Assembly: GCA_040143965.1 (NCBI GenBank) | Contig: JASJQH010006929.1 | Coordinates: forward strand, 1-37,222 | DNA length: 37,222 nucleotides | Origin: Basidiobolus ranarum | Lineage: Eukaryota | Direction: 5' to 3' | Shown: positions 1 through 10,447 of the stretch, piece after piece | Position numbering within the stretch: the first letter of the stretch is position 1 | Layout: each line of letters begins with the position of its first letter | The notes under the pieces: model-generated | The model's input: the letters and a program-made list of their open reading frames with translations, nothing else | Databases searched by the model: none | What the model was told of the DNA's origin: nothing | Made by a program: the position numbers and the translations under genes

Positions 1-844
1 AATAACTAGCATCAAAACCATATATACAGCCATTCCACTTTTTTATGTACATATAGTAGAGTAATTCCATGAAAATAAACCCTTGCTCAGCCGCTTTGTT
101 ACCATACCATACATTGCCATGTCATATCTACTTGCTTCCACTACATGTATATTCGCCGCATAGACCTCTTATCTACAAAAGTACCGCTTTCTTTTTTATT
201 ACTTCACTAGCCTTCTTGACTCAGATGCAACTCTCGGCTTCGGCAGTCACTCTCCCGATGCAAACCATGATCAAAGCGCTCTATATCATTACCATGTTAA
301 ATTTAATCCATTTCGCTGAACCTTATATATGTTATGGTGATTTCTATTGGATTGCCATAAAAGAGTAACAATCATGGATATTGAGTGTCCATTCACAGAA
401 AGTAGCTCGGTTATTTTCCCGGCAAACCTCGTCCATCTACGCATATGAGGGTTACCAATCTGTTTAATTTATACAGCATTTTTAGTGATTTGAATACTAA
501 CACCATCGGAGTAACTTTCGATGGAGCCCCACAAATCCATCTAAAATGTAGAAATTCTACCTAACCCTCGAATTTCCAATTTACTGGGGGGCTATAAACG
601 ATCCAAATAATTCAAGTGAAAAAGTTTCTTAGAAATTACTCCAATTCATGCATTCAGGTTGGGGGAACTAAGTTCAATTTGGGGCTAATACTAGACCCTA
701 ACAGGGGGGGAGATCTATGTAGAGGAATTGGGGCGGGGTAGAGATATTGTGGCCAGGATTGAGGAAGGAATGTACATTTGGTTAGATAGGTATTTGTTCG
801 GTTTAGATTCTGGTAGAACCCTTTCCGATTGATTGTTTTCGAAA

Positions 845-1591
845 ATGTCTCTCCGTCAACTTCAACGTTGCATTCGTCCTAATAGTTCTTTATTGAAGAA
901 CGCTCAAAGAGCCCAAGCTCACACTGTTAACCCTTGTGAAGCTAGACTTCTTCACTCTTACTCCAAGCCTCAATATGTTGACCCTGACCCACAAATTGGT
1001 GACTACCCTAACTTACCTTGGGAAAACAAGCAAACTAGATATCCTCGCGATTATTGGGATCAAACTGAAAGAAGAAACTTTGGTGAAACTGTATGTTTTA
1101 TTTGATTCTTTTATATTCCAATCATTCGAGGAATTTCACCTTTTATACTTCACACACAGACATATACACATTTCAAACAAAGTCACTTACCTTCTCTTTA
1201 AAATACTGTAGATCCCTGAACAAGATGAAGTTCTCAGTGTGTGGATCACTGACCCAAACCCCATCAATCCCTGGAGAGCCCTTGCTGAGTTAATTGCTGT
1301 TGGCTCCGTTATCGTTGGCGGTACCCTTGCTTTAGCTACATACGCTTTACCTGACCGTGAAGTAGCAGTAAGTAAAATTTATTGAATTGTTGGAAAAGAA
1401 AAAAAATCTAATTTACTTCATAAGATTCCTCGTGATTATCCCTATGACGGTTTAAGAGTTGAGATGGGCGGTGATCCTAATGACAGTGAGGATTTATCCA
1501 GAAGTGTAAGTTTCTACGTTGATACTCAATTATACCTACTTGATAACTAAACTCATATACATAATAGGCTCGTAAGTTTGAGACTAACTAA
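845..1591 (+). CDS. NDUFB8: NADH:ubiquinone oxidoreductase subunit NDUFB8 (ASHI), 4 exons (845-1090, 1212-1367, 1425-1505, 1568-1591)
   Basis: Arg-rich mitochondrial presequence. Spliced protein has DPQIGDYPNLP, R-YPRDYWDQTERRNFGE, one TM helix and PRDYPYDGLRVEMGG. All three GT-AG introns keep frame. Confidence 0.9.
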
Positions 1592-2267
1592 CTACCTACA
1601 GAAGAATAATAACCGTTCTTAGCATTTAACAACACATAAACTACGGTTATGTTTATTTTCATGTACAAATGAGGAGTGTATATCATTTCAAGTGAAGTAA
1701 TATGTTTCTCCAAGTTAACATCTTTCTACAAATAAATCACGGGCTTAATATTAACATTGTAAACTGAATTACTCTAACCACTATGCTATATTATTGATGA
1801 TATTGGAGTATTCAAAGTACAACCAGAGCGTATAAAATCATGCTTAAGTAAAGCCAGGTAAGCTAAATGGTACCTGAGTGCCCAGATTAGATCATAAATT
1901 AATTTATATAATGACCGTTGTATTTATTATATATTCTGATTTAGATCAATTAGTCTATAAAAGGTCACAAGTATTGCAGAATGATGTATATTCTGAAATG
2001 ATCAGCCCTTTTAAATCCATAGATTATGTTATGAATACATAGGCTAATTCTGCATGCAATCTGACTCTGAGGTGACTCGCACATCGATGAAGAATGAACT
2101 CATGATGCTGTTATAGGTTTCTGTTTTTGGTGAATTCAAAACGTTATCTTGATATCATGAGGAAGTTTATCAAGTGTATAAATGTCAGGTAGTCCGGCTA
2201 CATCTCATTATTATTCCAATCTTCAATACATCTTTGAGATCCATTTCAACCAAATCATCAATACAAA

Positions 2268-2693
2268 ATGAAATTCACCGCTACTCTCGCTGTTGTTCTC
2301 CTTGCTTCCGTAGCTTCTGCTAAGGTTGTCACTGTTACCACTGTTGCTCCCGCTGTCCCTACCGATGGCAACAATGCCGGTAATGAGGATCCTCAGCCTA
2401 CCGAGACCTCCTCTTCAATTGCCGCTGGTGCATCCTCAGTTGCTAGCGGTATTTCCTCGTCAGCAACAAGTGTCGCTTCCGAAGCTCACTCTGCTGTTGA
2501 ATCAGTATCATCCAAGATCTCTTCCGTAGTTGCTTCCATCAGCTCTGAGGCTGACTCAAAGATGCACTCAGCTACTAGTTCTATTGCTGGAGAAGCCACC
2601 CAAACTCCCAATGCCGGTAGCAACTTAAAGGCAGGCGAATTTGGAGTATTGGCTGGAGCCGGTATTTTAGGCTACGCTCTCGCTGCTTTGTAA
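2268..2693 (+). CDS. Small secreted Ser/Ala/Thr-rich, probably GPI-anchored cell-surface protein
   Basis: Signal peptide MKFTATLAVVLLASVASA, low-complexity S/A core, TPNAG omega-like site then hydrophobic tail GVLAGAGILGYALAAL. Strongly biased codon use. Confidence 0.85.
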   Translation: MKFTATLAVVLLASVASAKVVTVTTVAPAVPTDGNNAGNEDPQPTETSSSIAAGASSVASGISSSATSVASEAHSAVESVSSKISSVVASISSEADSKMHSATSSIAGEATQTPNAGSNLKAGEFGVLAGAGILGYALAAL

Positions 2694-3408
2694 AGAACTA
2701 AATTCAATTTAAATTGAAAATATCCTGTGTACTTTAAACAAAACCTCTCACATTAGGTTGTATTTTGGAAAATTCTTTACGTCAATTTTGCAATAAACCA
2801 ATATTAAAGTAAATAACTTACTCATTTCTAAATTCTCGACAAATCCCTCAGTTCATCTGGCAACTCAAGTTCGCGAGATCTTATACCGATTCCTGCAAAA
2901 TTACCTACTAAGTTTCTACTTTCTCTATCATCGAAGTTAGTTTCATATTCATATATTTCAATATTTCTTAAATTTATGTAGATATTGTAGAGTTCTTTAT
3001 TAATGATCTACGAAATATCATCACTTCAGCATTCATTTTCATTGGTATTACCTTGAACTAAATACTTACAACTACTTACTAGACTATATATCAGATCCGA
3101 CTAACCAGATTTGAACTTTATACTATCAAAATACTTCGTAATTAACTTCTTTCTCTTCTCATCATCAAACCTTTGTTTTTGATTTGAACTAACTTGTTGA
3201 GGCAAGAATGAAAACTAGCAACCCTCTGTATGTTCACCCATCCAGAATCAAATATAGATGTAAATTTAATAGAGTTTTAATTCAAAATATCAATTGGGTT
3301 ACCAAAAAATGGAGTTATACTAAAATGGTTAAGAAATACAATGAATCCATGGGAGGGGTAAGATACGTAAGGGTAGGGTACGTGTTAGTAATTTTTGGTT
3401 TAGAGAAG

Positions 3409-3795
3409 TTAATAAACTTGAGCAGCAACCAGCCCAACCAGTCCAACAATGCCTACCTTCATATTGAAGGATTGTTCATTAGATACTGCCGCATTTGGAG
3501 TGGTTGAAGCTGCGGGAGCTGAAGGTAAAGCGGAACTGGCACTTTGAGCAATTGAACTAGATGCAGAGGCTATTTCTGAGCTAGCCTTGGAGCTGATAGA
3601 TGACATTGCAGAGGATACATCTGAAGAAATAGATGCGGCAATAGAAGAAGTATCAGTGGTTGTTGCTGAGCTTGTACCACTTGAAGCGCTCTCAGTAGGA
3701 GTAGGAGATGCAGGCACAGTGGTTGTAACCGTAACAATCTTTTGAGCGGAAGTCACAGTGACAATAGCAAGAAGGACAATAGCGTTGAATCTCAT
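3409..3795 (-). CDS. Small secreted Ser/Ala/Thr-rich, probably GPI-anchored protein, paralog of 2268-2693
   Basis: ATG at 3795 gives MRFNAIVLLAIVTVTSA signal peptide. Shares K(V/I)VTVTT..PA, SSIAA and TPNA with its neighbour. Hydrophobic tail VGIVGLVGLVAAQVY. Confidence 0.85.
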   Translation of the reverse strand: MRFNAIVLLAIVTVTSAQKIVTVTTTVPASPTPTESASSGTSSATTTDTSSIAASISSDVSSAMSSISSKASSEIASASSSIAQSASSALPSAPAASTTPNAAVSNEQSFNMKVGIVGLVGLVAAQVY

Positions 3796-4756
3796 GATTG
3801 ATAAACTGATTGAAGTGGATATGAGTTTGTTACTCTTCACCTACAACGTTATATACTTAGTTCTGACCGAAATACTTCAGGTCATGATGACATAAAAACT
3901 AAGAGATGGACTGTTCTAAAATCTGGTTAAAACACTTGAAGATTTGCATACCGACGACCAATACAACCAATAAATTAAAAACTTGCTTAGGAAAGGTTTC
4001 ATACATAATTTGAAAACAGGTATTCTCGTTTATTACGTAGATTTACCGCACTTGATTCTTACTCACTCAATGATGTCAGTAAAGGTCTCGATAAATTAGT
4101 TCTATTTATTGCTCAGCTCTAAATTTAGATTTCAATTTGCAAATTAGGCAAACATCAAAATGCCATTAAAAATGGGTTCAGTTTCGGATTCGTCATTTCA
4201 TCACCAGCCGAATCTGGGAATTTTTTCGGCTGATTTATATCATGGCATTCAGAAAAGGATAATAAAGTTAGGTGAGACAAAACAACAAGCTCGTACGATA
4301 GAAGTATTTTTCATCACACTCCGTTCCCCCTGATTGTTGAATCAATAACAATAGCATGGGGTTTATGTTATACAGTCTCATCTAGAGTCGACAAGCTTAA
4401 AGTCAGCTAAAAGTTAAGCACAACTAAGTTACACCTTTAAAGAGCCCAGTCTTTTTCAATTCCTCCTTTACGATTAAATCAATTTAGCAAATGTTGAACA
4501 TTTATTACCAACCAAAACCTGGCATACATACAAACAGGTATTCACGCCAATTATGGGTTGTGTAATATCGTCGGGTAATCTAATTAAGCTGAAGTAGGAG
4601 GAACAATGGTACTGATATTAAATCTGCTCATCAGTTACTTTGCCGAGATTATTTTGATTCCATGCTGCAAGTTATTTATAAATGCACAAGTAACACAAAG
4701 CCTTGCTCACTATATAAGTTTATTTGAACAGGTGGCAAGTTGCTTGAATTTTTTCG

Positions 4757-5815
4757 ATGAAGTTCTTGATCCCAGGCCTATTGTCTTTACTCCCAGCCAT
4801 TGTTCAGGCTCAAACGCCTAACTGGCCAACATGGGATACTCCTCCGACCATCCTTCCTGAACATACCGAGTTAGCTAAAGGGATTGCAAGCATTCCTGCA
4901 AATGTTCCTCAAAGAGCACCAGGTGCACCACCCACCTGCACCCAAAACCCTTGTAACGAGGACTGTGGGTGCTGGTGGACTTGCGGAAACTGTGTGGCAC
5001 CGGATGATATTGTAGCCTGTCCAACACCAAAAGTTTGGGGTCTTACTTTTGATGATGGTCCTTCCCAAAACACCACTTACATTTTAGATTATCTAAAACA
5101 AAACAACATGAAGGCTATGTTTTGCGTAGTTGGAAGTAGAGTTGTTCAAAATCCTGAGATTCTTAAACGTACCTACGCAGAGGGCCATGAGATTTGTGTC
5201 CATACCTGGAGCCATACCGCTTTAACTTCTCAATCTAATGATCAAGTTGTCGCCGAGATCAAATGGACCGAAAAGGCCATTTACGATACCATTGGGGTTG
5301 TTCCAAAGTACATGAGACCTCCCTTTGGTGATGTTGACAATCGAGTTCGTGCTATTATGAGAGGCTTGGGTTATAAGATTATTCTTTGGAATATGGATAC
5401 TTCAGATTGGAAACTGAATAGCCCTGACTCCAATTACAATCCTGATAATGTCAAGCAAACCTTTATCGATTTTATCAACACGCGTGTTCCTACTCTACAG
5501 CAAGGAGTCATCTCTCTAGAACACGATCTCCGTGCTGAAGGTGTTCAGCAATTCCCAATTGCAGTGGATTTAATGAAGACCGCTGGGTTCTCCATGATCA
5601 GTGTTGGTCAATGTCTCAAGGATGATAATGTTTATCAAGGTAACTCTACCAGCGGTAATTCTGGTAATACTAGCAGTACTGGTAATGCTAGTAATTCCGC
5701 CAACGCTACAGGCTCTAATAAACCAACTACCACTGGAAAATCCTCTGCTACTCAAGCCAGAGCTACTGGTATCTTCTCCGTAGTTTCCATCATGGCCATC
5801 TACTTTTTGTTGTAG
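4757..5815 (+). CDS. Chitin deacetylase / CE4 NodB polysaccharide deacetylase, secreted and GPI-type
   Basis: CE4 motifs TFDDGP, HTWSH, RPPFG, D..DW and LEHD. CWWTCGNC...DIVACP Cys-rich segment as in fungal CDAs. Signal peptide, S/T/N/G stalk, hydrophobic C-terminus. Intronless. Confidence 0.95.
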   Translation: MKFLIPGLLSLLPAIVQAQTPNWPTWDTPPTILPEHTELAKGIASIPANVPQRAPGAPPTCTQNPCNEDCGCWWTCGNCVAPDDIVACPTPKVWGLTFDDGPSQNTTYILDYLKQNNMKAMFCVVGSRVVQNPEILKRTYAEGHEICVHTWSHTALTSQSNDQVVAEIKWTEKAIYDTIGVVPKYMRPPFGDVDNRVRAIMRGLGYKIILWNMDTSDWKLNSPDSNYNPDNVKQTFIDFINTRVPTLQQGVISLEHDLRAEGVQQFPIAVDLMKTAGFSMISVGQCLKDDNVYQGNSTSGNSGNTSSTGNASNSANATGSNKPTTTGKSSATQARATGIFSVVSIMAIYFLL

Positions 5816-6203
5816 TCATCCATAATTCATTCCACTATAGTCATGATTTTGATAATTTGACCTACACTTTTATCCGATTACCATATGTATATTACATAAT
5901 ATTCAGACCTTCAATAAAGAACTTCCTAAATATTCCGGAATGATTTGTAATGGTATAGAAGGTGGAACAAATATGGATATGACGATATCACGAAATCCTA
6001 AGTAACTAGCAGAGATTATCTTAATGAGCATCGCGATTGTGACTGTCTAATCCAAGTCTCACATTCATCGAAGCCTTATTGCATCTAAAATCGAAAACAG
6101 ATTCACAGGCATATCCGATATTTCCCATACACAAAGCATCAGTGCTTTAAATATTGCCCATTTGGGCTTGACCATCTCCAAACCTAATTAAACTTGGACT
6201 GGT

Positions 6204-8831
6204 ATGAGAGCTAAATCTAATATACGACAAAACACACTTCCCTCTAGTCTTCCAAAGGGGTTGCTGGACCTACCATTTAATTCACGTCGTTCTCCGGTCT
6301 ATGGAACCCACGCTATGGTTGCCAGCACGTAACCCTCCCTTCCTCAATTTTTACACTGTTAATGGGGTTTGAGAATTAACCTTTTTTACTATTCTAGTCA
6401 AACGTTAGCAACCCAGGCTGGTTATGAGATATTGAAAAAAGGTGGCAACGCTGCGGTAATTCTAGAAGATTTTACATGAAACTGGAAAGTGTTGATATTT
6501 AACATAATTTAATTTTATTAGGATGCAGCCATCGCAGTTGGTACGTTCATTATTGGAGTTAATACATGATAAACTATCGGTTCTAATTGATTCATTTTTA
6601 AAAGCTTCTTGTCTGTCAGTTCTCGGTAAGTACTAGGAGATAATAATAATGAAAGTTCCATTAATAATTCTGCTATTTTAGAGCCGGCATCTACTGGTAT
6701 TGGTGGTGATTGTTTCTGTCTTTATTATGACGCCAAATCCAAGACCGTGTCAGGTTTGAATGGCTCTGGAAGGTTAGTTGGTGTCAACTGTAGAGTATGA
6801 GCGTTATTGAGGTATCTTACAGATGGGAATTCTAGGAGTCCAGCACATTCAACTCTTGAAAGAGTAAAAGCGGATGTTGGAGAGGCAACTGCAATCCCAC
6901 CTCACAGTGGACATGCTATAACCGTACCTGGGGCAGCAGCGGGTTGGTTTGATACTGTAGAGAATTTTGGCAGTGGAAAAGTGACGATGAAAGAAATCTT
7001 GGAAGCAGCTATCATTGCCGCAGAAGATGGGTAAGTTTGAAGTAAGATTGGTGAATGATTCATTAGATTAATCATGATCACTCTAGATTTGCAGTGTCTA
7101 CCGTTTCAGCTAAATTGGTAGGGAGTGAACTTGAATCGATGTTGTTTATGTACTTTATTTCTGATCTTTACTTCGATCTTTGTTTATTTCATAAATAGTG
7201 GTCTCAAAGTGCTGACAAGTTGAAGATTGCATCTCCCAATCATGCTGAGCTGTTGATTGATGGTGAAGCCCCACGTGAGGGAGAGCTATTCCAGAATCCA
7301 GGGCTGGCAGAGTAAGTCACAGCCTAACATTAATCATTGATGACACAAATGCTTATGCGTTCATCTGCAGAACATTTCGAGCTATCGCACTTCAGGGTCG
7401 CGATGGTTTCTACAAGGGCAAGATTGCTCAGGAGATTGTTGACATAGTCCAACATGTTGGTGGACTAATGACATTGGAAGATTTGGCCAACCACAAGTCC
7501 CAAATAGTGGAACCTATCAGTCTAGATTATGAGGGAGTGACAATTCACGAGTGCCCCGCTAATGGTCAAGGTAGAGCTCAATCGCTCATTTCTGCGAGAT
7601 ACTGTTAGTGATGGTAAACTTCCTTAGGTATCACTGCTCTTATGGCTCTGGGGATTTTGGAAGCTTTGCAAGAAAGACAGGTCATTCCACCTCTGAGTGA
7701 ATTGGAACACAACTCAGCTGAATACCTTCATGCACTAATTGAAGCACTAAGAATCGCCTTCATTGATACTCGCTGGTTCATCACTGATCCAGATGTGGTT
7801 GATGTTCCAAGTGAACACTTGTTAAGCAAGGTAAGGGAGAAAGTTGATGGAAAACTCCGAGAGATTCTCATATGATTTTTCAGAAATATTTGAGAGAGCG
7901 TTCTGAGCTTTTCACCCCTTCCAAAGCTGCTGTGGACCTGAAACATGGCTCACCCGAGCATTCAAGTGATACTGTGTATCTCTCTGTGGTGGATGAGGAG
8001 GGAAATGGCTGCAGTTTTATTGTAAGTGGGATACTGATTGGTGTTTGTTTCACAGCTATTAAGCATCTTCTCATTTGCAGATATCCACGTATGAAGGCTT
8101 CGGTGTAAGTATTCACACTCTGTACCTTTCTCGAACATTACTAATGCTATTGTTTAAATTAGTCGGTATGTTGATGCAATCGATGGATCATGTTACGAAT
8201 ATACTGATCGTTGCAATAGGGCGTTATTCCTAAAGGGAGTGGCTTTACTCTACAAAACCGAGGATGCAACTTCAATTTAGAGGCTGATCATCCAAATTGT
8301 TACGCACCTTCCAAACGCCCTTATCATACCATCATTCCTGCCATGGCGACAGTGGATGATGAGCTCTACCTTTGTTATGGAGGTAAGTTTCCCTTCATCT
8401 CTGTGGAATGGTCTTGTGGAACTCATCAGTGCATTGTTTAGTGATGGGCGGATTTATGCAGGTACTTGATTCAGTGTTTAAACTATGTAGGAACAATAGC
8501 ATAAGCTTACCTTTTGTCGTAGCCACAAGGACATGTTCAGGTACTTTTGAATTTACTACACTATGATCATAATCCTCAGCATGCTCTCGATGCTCCACGT
8601 ATTTGCGTGGGCCCCGATAATGGAGTGATCTATATTGAAGATGGAATCACCGAAGATGTGGTAAATAAGCTTCGCAAACTTGGCCACAATATTGAACTCT
8701 TAAAGGGCCACAACCGAGCTATGTTTGGCCGTGGACAGGTCATTGAAACTTATCAGGACCCTCGTACAAGTCGTAGAGTTCTCGTTGCCGGATCTGATCC
8801 TCGTGGCGATGGATACGCGGCGGGATGGTAG
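6204..8831 (+). CDS. Gamma-glutamyltranspeptidase (Ntn hydrolase, YwrD-like soluble subfamily), 16 exons
   Basis: Splicing yields [71 protein letters not shown] (Thr nucleophile), [33 protein letters not shown] and GSDPRGDG. Approximate exons: 6204-6328, 6398-6455, 6522-6540, 6605-6625, 6682-6772, 6836-7030, 7087-7117, 7199-7311, 7371-7570, 7628-7830, 7884-8021, 8081-8104, 8163-8165, 8220-8382, 8442-8461, 8523-8831. Confidence 0.92.
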
Positions 8832-9289
8832 ACGGGCGCATGGTTCTGAACTGTATTCCAAATCTGCTCATGTTGTACTTGCTTGACTCTTCTCTTTTTG
8901 TGCCATTTGTAACATAAAGGGTGTTGTAAAATTACTTCAATCGAATTTCTTTATTTTCCAAATTAGAATCTGTACATCTGTCACTGCTGAAATTCAAACT
9001 CATATCAATGCTTTTGAGTGTAGCAACAGTATATATATATTTCTAAAATACAAATACATATGAAGATAGAAAAAGAAGAAATACAAAAAGAAGAAGCTTG
9101 AATCACGAACCAAAGCGTGATTCATCCCCTTCACTGGCGTACAAATAAATATTGAATGAAATAACATGGAAAGTGTACTAGGAGAGAGTAGCACACACTT
9201 GGTGATATGAAAATGGGAGGTATGAAAGATTTTTCTTGGAGGTATGTCTATCAAGAGTGTGAAAGAGAGTCGCTTATGTCAATGTGCTT

Positions 9290-10234
9290 TTAAAGGGATC
9301 GAGAATACGGTGAAGGGTGCATGTAGGGTGTGAAGTTGGTGAAAACTGCCCCTCTTGGCCCGGTATTCTTGTCCTTTGAATGTCTGTGAATCCGAATATG
9401 CTGATTTAGATTGTCGGAGCGGGAAAACCGCTTAGAGCATGTTGGATAAGGGCATTGAAAGGGCTTCTCTAGAGTATGGATGGATCTGACATGACGCTTA
9501 AGATGTTCTGAGCGCTTGAACACCTTTCCACACTCTGGATAATCACAAATGAAAGATTTGGCACCTGAAGTAGTATCCGGTTTGCTAGAAGCCTTGCGAC
9601 CTCTAGAACGTTTTGGCGTCTCGGGTACAGAGTGATTGACGGGTGTAGGTTGCTCCATAGAATGGGGAATATAACTTGGCACTGTCATATGGCATTGCAT
9701 CGGTGACATGGTTGGATGCTCAGCAAATTGTGCATAATGCTCAGTGAACGGGGAGCTTGTTTCTTCATTGGACAGGATATGACCAGGGTGGCATGCTCCA
9801 CTAAAATTCCTGTGTTCTGGACCAGCCATAAACGTACCGCATCCGGCCAGGCTATCGAGGACGAGCCCCTCTCCTAAGTTGAAGTTTCCTTCATGGTCAT
9901 GAGAATCCAGAAGCTCGTATTGAGTTTGAGGACTGCAGCTACTGTCACTAGGGGAAGGAAGACCTTGCAGGTGAGCAAAATAATCAGGATGGAATGAATC
10001 AGCAACTTGAGTGTGAAGAAAATCTTGAAAGCTGAATTTTCCGGGTGTTTGCGGTGGTGGGGTTGCTAGCTGAAGAGCGTACCCTTGATTATGGTAGTCG
10101 GCGAAATCAACACCCTTATATGCTGAGGCACTAACACCTGAAAGAATTTCTGGGCTGTAAGAATAACTAGTGTAGCGTTCCAAATCAACGTCGATATCCA
10201 GGTGGATATTTTCGGGGGAAATGGGAGAAGACAT
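9290..10234 (-). CDS. C2H2 zinc-finger transcription factor, Msn2/Msn4/Seb1-like (copy 1)
   Basis: Two fingers with recognition helices RSEHLKRH and RSDNLNQH, linker HTLEKPF, basic NLS KRSRGRK. First ATG at 10234 (MSSP), matching the start of the paralog. Confidence 0.9.
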   Translation of the reverse strand: MSSPISPENIHLDIDVDLERYTSYSYSPEILSGVSASAYKGVDFADYHNQGYALQLATPPPQTPGKFSFQDFLHTQVADSFHPDYFAHLQGLPSPSDSSCSPQTQYELLDSHDHEGNFNLGEGLVLDSLAGCGTFMAGPEHRNFSGACHPGHILSNEETSSPFTEHYAQFAEHPTMSPMQCHMTVPSYIPHSMEQPTPVNHSVPETPKRSRGRKASSKPDTTSGAKSFICDYPECGKVFKRSEHLKRHVRSIHTLEKPFQCPYPTCSKRFSRSDNLNQHIRIHRHSKDKNTGPRGAVFTNFTPYMHPSPYSRSL

Positions 10235-10431
10235 ATCTATTGATGTAGACTTGATGAAGACTTGTTCTTGTATCGTTATAGGAAAATCACAAGAAGAGCT
10301 AGAGGGCAATGGTTGATATGATGTAGTTGAGTCGGCTTGGTGGAGGGTTTATAAGTAAATCCGAGTGTGTACTGTTCAAATGGTTCGAGTATTGTGGTGT
10401 CTGACTCTGATTCCTCTTGACCTTACATCTC

Positions 10432-10447
10432 AATATCAGGGGTGCAT
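10432..10447 (-). promoter_or_regulatory. 16-bp upstream element ATGCACCCCTGATATT containing an STRE core (CCCCT/AGGGG)
   Basis: Identical 16-mer in the same orientation upstream of the paralog at 30872-30887. Confidence 0.65.

Noticed and set aside
69-368. 99-aa plus-strand ORF, and a minus-strand WY..KAAEQG snippet reminiscent of a Sel1-like repeat
   Set aside because: The ORF has no recognisable motif or codon bias. The Sel1-like match is only a few residues, is surrounded by stops and needs frameshifts.
10235-10309. TTG-initiated N-terminal extension of ZF copy 1 (and similar TTG/GTG starts elsewhere in the ORF track)
   Set aside because: Eukaryotic gene; the ATG at 10234 gives MSSP, matching the paralog's start.
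10375-10400. GGTTCGAGT as a tRNA T-loop
   Set aside because: No surrounding cloverleaf stems or D-arm could be formed.
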